A stretch of DNA of 32,000 bases from Candidatus Electronema halotolerans. GTDB lineage: Bacteria; Desulfobacterota; Desulfobulbia; Desulfobulbales; Desulfobulbaceae. A model generated the notes under the pieces. It did not search any database and was not told the origin of the DNA. It saw only the letters and a list, made by a program, of their open reading frames with translations. Every line of letters begins with the position of its first letter. The stretch's first letter is position 1. Below are positions 8,027 to 16,954 of the stretch, piece after piece. Both the position numbers and the translations under genes were made by a program. The stretch lies in the NCBI GenBank assembly GCA_942493095.1, contig OW818675.1, positions 150,001 through 182,000 of the forward strand. Reading direction: 5' to 3'.

Positions 8027-8063
8027 TTAAGCTGGGTCTGAGCGGCACCCTGTGATCGCTTAC
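8027..8063 (+). repeat. Displaced right terminus of the partial IS66-family copy
   Basis: TTAAGCTGGGTCTGAGCGGCACCCTGTGATCGCTTAC matches 6166-6199 of the complete copy with one mismatch seen. It ends 23 nt before the ATG of the first glycan gene. Confidence 0.85.
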
Positions 8064-8086
8064 GAGATAACAGAAAAGAGTTGATT

Positions 8087-8866
8087 ATGCCATTTGAAAT
8101 TTTTGATAGTTATGCCCGTTATTATGATTTGCTGAATCGCGACAAGAATTACGCTAAGGAAGCCAATTATATTCATCAACTGATTCGGAAAAGTGTACCG
8201 AATGCAAAAGAATTGTTGGACTTTGGCTGCGGCACAGGACTCCATGCTGCCGAATTGGCAAAATTCGGCTATAATGTCCACGGAATAGATCAAAGCGAAG
8301 CAATGCTTTCCTTGGCTGAATCCCGTCGTTTAAATTTGCCGCAAGAACAAAAAAAACAGCTATCCTTCTCTCAAGCGGACATCCGTCAACTCAAGTTAAA
8401 CAAAAAATTTGATGGAATTATTGCGCTGTTCCATGTTGTCAGTTATTTGACTGCCAATACGGATTTGCTCTCCGCTTTTCGCACAGTCCGTGATCATTTG
8501 CAACCAGAAGGTATTTTTATCTTTGACTGCTGGTACGGACCTGGTGTTTTAACCGACCGTCCCGCAATCCGAGTGCGGGAATGGGAGGATGATGCAAGCA
8601 CCATTATTCGTATAGCCGATCCAAAACTTTATCCAAATGAGAATATTGTCAATGTAACCTATCGAATTAATATTCACGATAAGGCAAGCGGCAGAATGAA
8701 CAAATTTTCCGAGGTGCATCGAATGCGATATTTATTTCTTCCAGAACTACAGATGATGCTGGAGACTGCTGGAATGAAAATATGTGCTTATCATGAGTGG
8801 GATAATACAAAAAAAGTTAATTTTGATTCGTGGACATTAACTGTATCAGCAGCGGTTACCACATAA
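8087..8866 (+). CDS. Class I SAM-dependent methyltransferase, TylM1/DesVI-like architecture (possible amino-sugar N-methyltransferase)
   Basis: YARYYDLL..KNYAKEANYI precedes the SAM motif LLDFGCGTGLH. The C-terminal beta-rich extension is laid out as in sugar N,N-dimethyltransferases. ATG 8087 is preferred over TTG 8081. Confidence 0.8.
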   Translation: MPFEIFDSYARYYDLLNRDKNYAKEANYIHQLIRKSVPNAKELLDFGCGTGLHAAELAKFGYNVHGIDQSEAMLSLAESRRLNLPQEQKKQLSFSQADIRQLKLNKKFDGIIALFHVVSYLTANTDLLSAFRTVRDHLQPEGIFIFDCWYGPGVLTDRPAIRVREWEDDASTIIRIADPKLYPNENIVNVTYRINIHDKASGRMNKFSEVHRMRYLFLPELQMMLETAGMKICAYHEWDNTKKVNFDSWTLTVSAAVTT

Positions 8867-8890
8867 TATAAAAAATGACCTGAGAACTTT

Positions 8891-10096
8891 ATGCGTGTTG
8901 GTGTATTCGTTTCTATAGCTGATAAAACTATTGGCGGTAGCTATACTTTTCAGCATAGCATTGCTTCATCATTAGATAAAATAAAAACAAAACATGATTT
9001 TGTTATTTTTAATGCCGCAAAAAGAGACGACAACTTACAGACATCAGTTGCTCAGTATAGTCTCAAGTCATTATATGCCCATAAAAAAAATAATATTTTT
9101 GATCGTTCGTTTACAAAAAAAATATTATATTTTTTATATGAAAAAGCAAGACGTAATTTTTATAAAAAATTCTGTTTGGAAAATTACGCTATAACTGTAG
9201 CTGATGATTTCAACTTAGATATTGCATGGTATCTTTTGCCAATAGATTACCAGCTATCAATTCCATATATCATAACAGTCTGGGATTTACAACATAGAAT
9301 GCAACCTTATTTTCCAGAAGTTAGCATTAAAGGATGGACTTGGGAGGATAGAGAAAAATTTTATCGTAGAATGATTCCTAAAGCAGCATTGGTTGTAACA
9401 GGAACTAATGTTGGAAAAGAAGAAATTATTCATTTTTATGCTCCAAATCCTGCAAATGTTAGAGTAGTTCCATTTCCTACGCCAGAATATATACATAAAA
9501 ATTATTCATATTCAGATCAAGATATATTAAAAAAATTTGGATTATTACCAGGTTATTTATTTTATCCTGCTCAATTTTGGCCTCATAAGAATCATATCAA
9601 TTTATTAAAAGCTATAGCTATTTTAAGAGATCAATATAATTTGGAATTAGAAGTTGTATTTGTTGGTTCAGATGAAGGAAGCGAAGAGTATGTTCGTGCA
9701 ACAGCGAACGAATTAAAAATAAAAGCACACATACTTGGTTTTGTTCCTGTTGAAGCTATGGCTTCTCTGTATCGTCAAGCAATGGCACTTATCTTTCCAA
9801 CTTTTTTTGGTCCAGACAATCTTCCTCCTTTGGAAGCATTTGCTTTAGGCTGTCCCGTAGCGGCATCGAGAATTCCAGGAGCGGAAGAGCAGCTTGGGGA
9901 TGCAGCAATTTTATTTAATCCAGCAGATCCTCAGAAAATTGCTAATGCTGTATTCATTATAAATGAAAATAAGGAATATCGATCAGAGTTAATCAAAAGA
10001 GGCTATTTGAAAAATACAATCAATTCAATCGAATATACAGAAAATATATGTAGATTTCTTGATGAATTTGAAAATATACGATATTGCTGGAAATAG
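8891..10096 (+). CDS. Glycosyltransferase, GT4 (GT-B, Glycos_transf_1) family
   Basis: YLFYPAQFWPHKNHINLLKA..VFVGSD..FPTFFGPDNLPPLEAFALGCPVAAS..GAEEQLGDAAILFNP is the typical C-terminal GT4 domain with the E-x7-E region. Confidence 0.88.
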   Translation: MRVGVFVSIADKTIGGSYTFQHSIASSLDKIKTKHDFVIFNAAKRDDNLQTSVAQYSLKSLYAHKKNNIFDRSFTKKILYFLYEKARRNFYKKFCLENYAITVADDFNLDIAWYLLPIDYQLSIPYIITVWDLQHRMQPYFPEVSIKGWTWEDREKFYRRMIPKAALVVTGTNVGKEEIIHFYAPNPANVRVVPFPTPEYIHKNYSYSDQDILKKFGLLPGYLFYPAQFWPHKNHINLLKAIAILRDQYNLELEVVFVGSDEGSEEYVRATANELKIKAHILGFVPVEAMASLYRQAMALIFPTFFGPDNLPPLEAFALGCPVAASRIPGAEEQLGDAAILFNPADPQKIANAVFIINENKEYRSELIKRGYLKNTINSIEYTENICRFLDEFENIRYCWK

Positions 10097-10101
10097 AGAA
10101 G

Positions 10102-10980
10102 ATGCAAAATACAAAAGAAAAAATTACTGTAATTACTGTTGTGTTAAACGATGCCTCCAATGTAGAAAAAACTTTTTTTAGCGTTGCGAATCAATCTTAC
10201 TCTGAAATAGAGCATGTCATCATTGATGGAGGATCAGTTGATGAGACAGTTGATATAATTAAAGACTATATAAAAAAGAATCAAGAAAGGAATATCCTGT
10301 TTCTTAGTGAAAAAGATGACGGTATATATGACGCTATGAATAAGGGTATATATTTGGCTACAGGAAAATATATTGTATTTATGAACTGCGGGGATATATT
10401 TTTTGACGATACAGTGATTGAGAAGTTTGCCAGTGAACAACATCAAGATGACTTTGTGTTTGGCAATACAATATTAAGGAAACAAGATGAGAAAGAAATT
10501 ATCTGTAAAGCAGAAATAGAAAATATCTTGAAAAAAATGCCTTTTGTTCATCAGTCATGCTTTGTTAGAGCAACGTTACAAAAGCGACTTAAATTTGATA
10601 CTTCATTTAGAATCTCAGCAGATTATGATTTTCTTTTAAGAGCATATAAAAAAGGATGCACTTTTAAAAAATTAGATCGTTTTATTGCTATACATAAGAC
10701 GGATGGAATATCAAATTCTTCTGTTTTTCAAGTGTCAATAGAATCTCTGCATGCTCTGTTGAACTATGATTCTATGGCTAATATTCGAGAAACTGCATAT
10801 TTTGCAGATATTATAATTAAAGAAATTCTTGAAGTAAACAAGCCTCGCTTTTTATCAATTTTGATTCAAAACACAAGAAAATTAAAATCGATTTCTTGGA
10901 AAAGGCACCCATTGAAGAAAGCTTTGTCTCTTCTCACTTTATTACGTAGTTTTAAAAATTTTCACGAGACCTTAAGATGA
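10102..10980 (+). CDS. Glycosyltransferase family 2 (WcaE-like small GT2)
   Basis: ITVITVVLND..NQSY..EHVIIDGGSVDET..DDGIYDAMNKGI..GKYIVFMNCGD shows the GT-A fold with a DxD-like region. ATG 10102 is preferred over TTG 10084, which overlaps the previous gene. Confidence 0.85.
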   Translation: MQNTKEKITVITVVLNDASNVEKTFFSVANQSYSEIEHVIIDGGSVDETVDIIKDYIKKNQERNILFLSEKDDGIYDAMNKGIYLATGKYIVFMNCGDIFFDDTVIEKFASEQHQDDFVFGNTILRKQDEKEIICKAEIENILKKMPFVHQSCFVRATLQKRLKFDTSFRISADYDFLLRAYKKGCTFKKLDRFIAIHKTDGISNSSVFQVSIESLHALLNYDSMANIRETAYFADIIIKEILEVNKPRFLSILIQNTRKLKSISWKRHPLKKALSLLTLLRSFKNFHETLR

Positions 10981-12230
10981 ATATTCTTCACATCAACACA
11001 TTTGATAACAAAGGTGGTGCTGCAAGAGCAGCTTATAGAATACATTCTTCCTTGAAAGAAATAGGTGTTTCATCTGAGATGTTGGTAGCTAAAAAAAAAG
11101 GAGTTTATGATGATAAAAGCATAAAGGAATTTCATATACCTTTTTTGAAGAGCAAAAAGTGGCTTGCGAGTAAAATATTATCATTTCATAAAAAACAAAA
11201 TGTCAGCTACATATCCTATAATTTATTTTATTCAGGGATACATAAAATAATCAATCAGTCAAAGGCGGATATTGTACATCTTCATTGGATTGGCAACGAG
11301 ATGATAAGTATATCTGAAATACGAAGAATAAAAAAGAAGATTGTTTGGACACTGCATGATATGTGGGCTTTCTCCGGTACTGAACATTATGATGATATAA
11401 ATTATCCGGGGAGGTACCGCTTTGTATATAGCAAAGAAAATAGAGCAGATGAGTATAATGGAATTATAGATATTGATGCTTGGATATGGCGAAAAAAGAA
11501 AAAATACTGGCGTGATGTTTGTTTTAATTTTGTTACGCCAAGTAAATGGCTTGCAAAATGTTTAAGCGAAAGTTCATTGTTTTTTGGACAAGAAGCAGTT
11601 GTTATTCCAAACTGTCTCGATATTGATATATTTAAACCGGCAAAAAACAACTATGTTCAAGAAAAAGAAAATTATTACTCAAGAAAAAAATTGATATTAT
11701 TTGGAGCCGTCCGGGGAAAGGATAATGAATTAAAAGGTTTTCTTCTTTTGAAAAAAGCTCTTGTGAATATTTCATCTAATGCTTCAGTTAAAAATTTAGA
11801 ATGTATTATTTTTGGTGGAGAAAAAAAAGATGCTTTTGAAGTTATTAACGGAATAAATATAAGAGATGTTGGACAGATAAATGATGACAAAAAGTTAGCA
11901 GCTCTCTATAGCTCTGCTGATGTTTTTGTAACACCATCTTTATTGGAGGCTTTTGGGCAGACAGCATCTGAAGCGCATGCATGTGGCACACCTGTAGTAG
12001 CTTTTAATAACAGTGGATTGTCAGACATTATTGAACATAAAAAAACAGGCTATTTGGCTGAAGCATTTAGTTCAGAAGATCTGGCCGCAGGTATTGCTTG
12101 GGTGCTTGCTGATGAGGAAAGATTGATTGAATTAGGAATACAGGCTAGAAAAAAAGCTGAATTAGCTTACAATTATGAAACTGTTGGTCGGCAGTATAAA
12201 GAATTATATAATAAAGTCTTGAGTTCATAA
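10977..12230 (+). CDS. Glycosyltransferase, GT4 family
   Basis: MNILHINTFDNKGGAARAAYRIH (N-terminus), then VFVTPSLLEAFGQTASEAHACGTPVVAFNNSGLSDIIEHKKTGYLA (C-terminus). The ATGA start/stop overlap with the upstream gene suggests translational coupling. Confidence 0.88.
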   Translation: MNILHINTFDNKGGAARAAYRIHSSLKEIGVSSEMLVAKKKGVYDDKSIKEFHIPFLKSKKWLASKILSFHKKQNVSYISYNLFYSGIHKIINQSKADIVHLHWIGNEMISISEIRRIKKKIVWTLHDMWAFSGTEHYDDINYPGRYRFVYSKENRADEYNGIIDIDAWIWRKKKKYWRDVCFNFVTPSKWLAKCLSESSLFFGQEAVVIPNCLDIDIFKPAKNNYVQEKENYYSRKKLILFGAVRGKDNELKGFLLLKKALVNISSNASVKNLECIIFGGEKKDAFEVINGINIRDVGQINDDKKLAALYSSADVFVTPSLLEAFGQTASEAHACGTPVVAFNNSGLSDIIEHKKTGYLAEAFSSEDLAAGIAWVLADEERLIELGIQARKKAELAYNYETVGRQYKELYNKVLSS

Positions 12231-12273
12231 ACTACAGCCTCAGCTTTTTTTCAGAACAATTGCTTGGGAAATT

Positions 12274-12966
12274 ATGAAGATATTGTCTGTTATTCCCGCC
12301 CGTGGCGGCTCCAAAGGGATACCAAAAAAGAATATCCAGAAACTGTGCGGCAAGCCCTTGCTTGCTTATTCTATTGAAGCGGCATTGCAGACTGAACTGG
12401 TCAATCGGGTTGCTGTTTCCACAGACGATCAAAAAATAGCTGATGTTGCATTTGAATATGGCGCAGAAATTATCCGTCGTCCCGCAGAACTGGCAGGCGA
12501 TGTTGTTTCTTCTGAAGCAGCTTTGCTTCATGTTTTGGAGACATTGCATAAAAATGAAGGGTATTATTCTGATATTTTAGTTTTTCTGCAATGCACCTCG
12601 CCTTTGATGTTGTCTGCTGATATTGACGGAACCATCCAAGCCTTGCTGGATCAGCAAGCAGACACTGCCTTTGCTGCGGCACCGTTTCATTATTTTATCT
12701 GGTCAAGAAATGCTGACGGCAGCATGATTGGTGTGAATCATGACAAGCAAAAAAGACTGATGCGGCAGCAGCGGCAGAATCAGTTTATCGAAGCAGGGGC
12801 TGTTTATGTTATGCGTGTGCCCGGATTCATGGAGTACAGACACAGATTTTTCGGCAAAACAGTGATGTATGAAATGCCTGAAGAACGATGCTTTGAAATA
12901 GATGAACCAGTTGATTTGCTGATTGCGGAAAAACTGATTGAACATCAGAGAACTGTGCAAGCATGA
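12274..12966 (+). CDS. Acylneuraminate (nonulosonic acid) cytidylyltransferase, NeuA-like (CTP_transf_3)
   Basis: The canonical N-terminus is MKILSVIPARGGSKGIPKKNI..LCGKPLLAYSI. The size (230 aa) fits stand-alone CMP-NulO synthetases. Confidence 0.88.
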   Translation: MKILSVIPARGGSKGIPKKNIQKLCGKPLLAYSIEAALQTELVNRVAVSTDDQKIADVAFEYGAEIIRRPAELAGDVVSSEAALLHVLETLHKNEGYYSDILVFLQCTSPLMLSADIDGTIQALLDQQADTAFAAAPFHYFIWSRNADGSMIGVNHDKQKRLMRQQRQNQFIEAGAVYVMRVPGFMEYRHRFFGKTVMYEMPEERCFEIDEPVDLLIAEKLIEHQRTVQA

Positions 12967-15215
12967 TCATCGACCGCAGCATCAAAAAATATCTCATTTT
13001 TGATGAGGAGCCGATTTATCGGGCCTTTGAGAAGATCAACGCCAATCACCTGCGGATTATTTTTGTCGTTGATCAATATGGTGTCTTGGAAGGTGTTGTT
13101 ACTGATGGTGATCTGCGCCGCTGGATTCTCAATCAAAGCAAAATAGATATTCAGCAGCCTGTGTCTGCTGCTGCCAACACGGATTTCACCCATTGCCGCG
13201 AGAATGAAGCACCGGAGAAGATCGCGGAGCGATTTTCCCGCAAAGTTGAATTTGTTCCTCTTGTTGATGAGCGAATGCGCCTGACTGCGGTTGCCAGTCA
13301 GCGTAAAGTTGATTTTGCCATAGGCAATCGGATAATATCTGATGATGCGCCTATTTTTGTCATTGCAGAAATAGGCAACAATCATAACGGCGATCTTGCC
13401 TTGGCCAAGGAGCTAGTTGAGCAGGCGGTCTGGGCTGGTGCTGACTGCGTCAAGTTTCAGATGCGGGACATGGACTCCTTGTATCGCAATGCCGGAGATG
13501 CTGACGATATTAGTGAAGACCTTGGTTCGCAGTATGTGATGGACCTGCTTTCCCGTTTTCAGCTGAAGCGGGACGAGTTGGCGGCAATGTTTGATTACTG
13601 CCGTGAACGCGGCGCGATTCCGCTCTGCACGCCTTGGGATGCGGAGAGTGTTGCGTTTCTTGAACAGTACGGAGTTGCTGCCTATAAAGTTGCGTCCGCT
13701 GATCTGACCAACCATGATCTGCTGCGGCAAATTGCTGCCACTGGCAAGCCCATGCTCTGTTCAACTGGCATGTCTTCAGAACAGGAAATCAAAGCAGCGG
13801 CCAATCTGCTTCTGCGCAAGGGGGCGCAAGTTATTCTGCTTCATTGCAATTCCGCCTATCCTGCCCCGTTCAAGGACATTAATCTCCGTTACATGCGGCG
13901 GCTCCAAGAAATAAGCACCTATCCGGTCGGCTATTCCGGGCATGAGCGCGGTTGTCATATTGCTTTGGCGGCAGTCGCGCTGGGAGCCAAAGTCATTGAA
14001 AAGCATTTCACTCTTGACCGTTCGTTAGAGGGCAATGATCACAAGATCAGCCTGCTGCCGGAAGAGTTCCGCAGCATGGTTGAGGGAATCCGAGAAGTTG
14101 AAGCGGCCTTGGGCAACGGCGGCGGACGCGCTTTGTCGCAAGGAGAGCTGATCAACCGGGAATGTCTCGCCAAAAGCATTGTCATCAATCAGCCTCTGAA
14201 AAAAGGGGAGATGATCACCGCCGCAATGCTGGAGGTCAAAAGTCCGGGCAAGGGCCTGCCGCCGTACAAGAAAGACAAACTGATTGGTCAGCCTGCGCGG
14301 CGGGATTTGTCGGCAGGTGATTTTTTCTATGAAGAAGATTTGTCAGATGCCGCTGCCGCACCCCGGCGGTATCATTTTGTTCATCCTTATGGGGTTCCGG
14401 TCCGCTATCACGACCTGCATCAGATTGCCGCTGCCTGTCCCTTGGACCTGCTCGAAATTCACTTGAGCTATAAGGATTTGGACCTTGATCCACATCGTTT
14501 TTTCACACAGCCGCTGCCGCATCGGCTGGTGGTTCACAGCCCGGAGTTGTTCAGCGGCGATCATATTCTTGATCTTTGCGCCGACGATGCCGCCTACCGG
14601 CAGCATTCCATAGCCGAGCTGGGCCGGGTGATCGCAGTGACACGGGAGCTGAAGCCGTATTTTTCTACCAGCGAGCGTCCGCTGATTGTGGTCAATGTCG
14701 GCGGCTTCAGTGCTGACCGTTTTATTGCTCCAGAAGAAAAAGAGGCGAAATATGCTTTGCTGCGCGACAGTCTGGCGCAGATTGATCAAACTGGAATTGA
14801 ACTGATTCCACAGACCATGCCGCCTTTTCCGTGGCATTTTGGCGGCCAGCGCTGTCATAATCTTTTTGTGACAGTGGACGAAATACTGGCATTTTGCCGG
14901 GAAAACGGGTATAGAGTATGTCTGGATGTGTCGCATTCCAAGCTGGCCTGCAATCATTGCCGGGAATCCTTTTTTCAATTTATTGAACAGGTTGCGCCAG
15001 TGACAGCCCATCTGCATATTGCAGATGCCCGCAGCGTGGATGGCGAGGGGCTGCAAATCGGCGAGGGTGAGATTGATTTCAAGATGCTGATGCGGAACTT
15101 GGCAGAGCTGATGCCGGATATTTCTTTTATTCCAGAAGTATGGCAGGGACATAAAAATAATGGGCAGGGATTCTGGACTGCGTTAGAGCGGCTGGAAGGC
15201 TCTTTTTTGAAATAA
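12963..15215 (+). CDS. Fusion protein: CBS pair + NeuB-type nonulosonic acid synthase + SAF domain + xylose-isomerase-like TIM barrel
   Basis: One uninterrupted 750-codon ORF. aa ~1-115 form a CBS pair (VLEGVVTDGDLRRWIL; FVPLVDERMRLTAV). aa ~125-395 are NeuB-like (FVIAEIGNNHNGDLALAKELV..AGADCVKFQ; GYSGHE; IEKHFTLDR). aa ~395-455 are SAF-like (KSIVINQPLKKGEMIT..LEVKSPGKGL). aa ~470-750 look like AP_endonuc_2/xylose isomerase (LVVHSPE.., VVNVGG, IELIPQTMPP, CLDVSH, HLHIADA). ATGA overlap with the cytidylyltransferase gene. Confidence 0.85.
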   Translation: MIIDRSIKKYLIFDEEPIYRAFEKINANHLRIIFVVDQYGVLEGVVTDGDLRRWILNQSKIDIQQPVSAAANTDFTHCRENEAPEKIAERFSRKVEFVPLVDERMRLTAVASQRKVDFAIGNRIISDDAPIFVIAEIGNNHNGDLALAKELVEQAVWAGADCVKFQMRDMDSLYRNAGDADDISEDLGSQYVMDLLSRFQLKRDELAAMFDYCRERGAIPLCTPWDAESVAFLEQYGVAAYKVASADLTNHDLLRQIAATGKPMLCSTGMSSEQEIKAAANLLLRKGAQVILLHCNSAYPAPFKDINLRYMRRLQEISTYPVGYSGHERGCHIALAAVALGAKVIEKHFTLDRSLEGNDHKISLLPEEFRSMVEGIREVEAALGNGGGRALSQGELINRECLAKSIVINQPLKKGEMITAAMLEVKSPGKGLPPYKKDKLIGQPARRDLSAGDFFYEEDLSDAAAAPRRYHFVHPYGVPVRYHDLHQIAAACPLDLLEIHLSYKDLDLDPHRFFTQPLPHRLVVHSPELFSGDHILDLCADDAAYRQHSIAELGRVIAVTRELKPYFSTSERPLIVVNVGGFSADRFIAPEEKEAKYALLRDSLAQIDQTGIELIPQTMPPFPWHFGGQRCHNLFVTVDEILAFCRENGYRVCLDVSHSKLACNHCRESFFQFIEQVAPVTAHLHIADARSVDGEGLQIGEGEIDFKMLMRNLAELMPDISFIPEVWQGHKNNGQGFWTALERLEGSFLK

Positions 15216-15222
15216 CAAGAAA

Positions 15223-16926
15223 ATGGAACAACAGAAATATATTCTTGGCTTAAATTATATCGGCCATGATGCGAGCGCATCCCTGCTGCGCAATGGCGAG
15301 GTGCTTGCCTCTGTCATGGAGGAGCGTTTCTCCAGACAGAAGCATGACCGCTCTTTTCCAATGCAGGCAATTCAATACTGTCTCAAACATGCTGGCATCA
15401 GTGTGAGCGATCTTGAAGCGGTCTGCTATTACATGGAGCCGGAAGAGCATTTCAATCAGCGGGTGATTCATCATCTGGGTCGATATTATCCGCGATCTGC
15501 ACCACTTTTTTCTGACATGCTCGCCCGTGCTCTGAAAGTGAACAATGTTGAACGGGAAATTCGGGAGCGGTTGAATTATCTTGGCAAAATTTATTATGCC
15601 GATCATCATAAATCGCATATAGCAAGTGCATTTTTTCTGTCTCCGTATCAGGAGGCAGCAGTCATTTCTATTGACGGACTGGGAGAAATCACTTCAACTG
15701 CTGTTGCGGATGTCTGTGGAACAGAAATCAAGATTCTGAAACGGATCAATTTTCCTCATTCCTTGGGAATGCTTTACAACGCAGTAACCCATTATCTCGG
15801 CTTCAATGCGGTCAGCGACGCTGGAAAAGTCATGGGCTTGACTTCCTATGGTGACCGCAGCGTCTATCTTGACGAGTTTCGCCAAACAGTCTGTCTGCTG
15901 GATGACGGTGGCTATGAGCTGGACCTTGATTATTTTGAATTTCCTTTTCAGCGTGACCTGTGGGTCAGCGACAAATTTATCAAACTCTTTGGGCCGAAAC
16001 GAGAAAAGAACGGACCGCTGGAAAAAAGGCATCAGGATATTGCGGCGGCTCTTCAAGCCTGGCTGGAGGAAGTGTATATTCATCTTGCCCGTTATGCCAA
16101 ACAGGCCACTGGGCGCGAGCATCTCTGCCTCTCCGGCGGGGTGACGCTCAACAGTGTTGCCAATGGCAAGCTGCTCCAAGAAGAATTGTTCACAGATATT
16201 TTTGTGCCCCCACCAACCGGCGATGACGGCACCTCAATCGGCAGCGCGCTGCTGTACAACTATGAGGTGCTGGGCAACAGGCAACGCTGTCCTCTGCAAA
16301 ACGGTTTTCTTGGCCCTGCCTACTCAGATGAAGAGATTGCAGCTGCCTTGCAACGCTTCAATCTTGCCTATTATAAATCTGCGGATGTCTGCAAGGAAGC
16401 AGCGGCCATGCTTGCAGAGGGCAAAATCGTTGGCTGGTTTCAAGGGCGGATGGAAGCGGGGCCAAGGGCACTCGGCAACCGGAGTATTTTAGCCAATCCT
16501 GCTCTTGAGCATATTAAGGACACACTGAATGCGCGAGTAAAATTTCGGGAACCTTTCCGGCCTTTTGCACCCAGCATTCTTGCCGAGGATGTCGGTGCAT
16601 GGTTTGAATACGACCATGAGGCCCCATACATGCTTTTTGTTTTTGACGTGAAAAAGGAGAAACGCAGTCGAGTTCCCGGCATAACCCATGTGGACGGCAG
16701 CGGTCGCCTGCAAAGCGTGGACCGCGAACGCAATCCCAAGTATCATCGGCTGATCAGCGAATTCAAAAAGCTGACTGGGATTCCGATGGTCATCAACACC
16801 TCGTTTAATATCAAAGGTGAGCCTATTGTCAACACGCCGGCAGATGCAATCCGCTGCTTTCTGGGTAATGGGATGGACTGTTTGGTGCTGGGTGATTTTC
16901 TTATTAAGAAGCAATCAGAATGCTGA
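15223..16926 (+). CDS. Carbamoyltransferase, NodU/CmcH family
   Basis: ILGLNYIGHDASASLLRNGEVLASVMEERFSRQKHD (N-domain), GGVTLNSVANG, and FREPFRPFAPS..ITHVDGSGRLQSV..VINTSFNIKGEPIV (C-domain) are hallmark motifs. Confidence 0.9.
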   Translation: MEQQKYILGLNYIGHDASASLLRNGEVLASVMEERFSRQKHDRSFPMQAIQYCLKHAGISVSDLEAVCYYMEPEEHFNQRVIHHLGRYYPRSAPLFSDMLARALKVNNVEREIRERLNYLGKIYYADHHKSHIASAFFLSPYQEAAVISIDGLGEITSTAVADVCGTEIKILKRINFPHSLGMLYNAVTHYLGFNAVSDAGKVMGLTSYGDRSVYLDEFRQTVCLLDDGGYELDLDYFEFPFQRDLWVSDKFIKLFGPKREKNGPLEKRHQDIAAALQAWLEEVYIHLARYAKQATGREHLCLSGGVTLNSVANGKLLQEELFTDIFVPPPTGDDGTSIGSALLYNYEVLGNRQRCPLQNGFLGPAYSDEEIAAALQRFNLAYYKSADVCKEAAAMLAEGKIVGWFQGRMEAGPRALGNRSILANPALEHIKDTLNARVKFREPFRPFAPSILAEDVGAWFEYDHEAPYMLFVFDVKKEKRSRVPGITHVDGSGRLQSVDRERNPKYHRLISEFKKLTGIPMVINTSFNIKGEPIVNTPADAIRCFLGNGMDCLVLGDFLIKKQSEC

Positions 16927-16954
16927 TTGTATTAGATTATGTTAATAATATATT

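Noticed and set aside
14343-15152. 269-aa minus-strand ORF inside the NeuB-fusion gene
   Set aside because: It is antisense to a motif-rich + strand ORF, has no recognisable domains, and is typical of GC-rich shadow frames. The same reasoning applies to 15250-15618, 15694-16179, 16489-16914, 17144-17689, 22373-22837, 23123-23707, 23864-24508, 27607-28140, 31179-31577 and 31559-31983.
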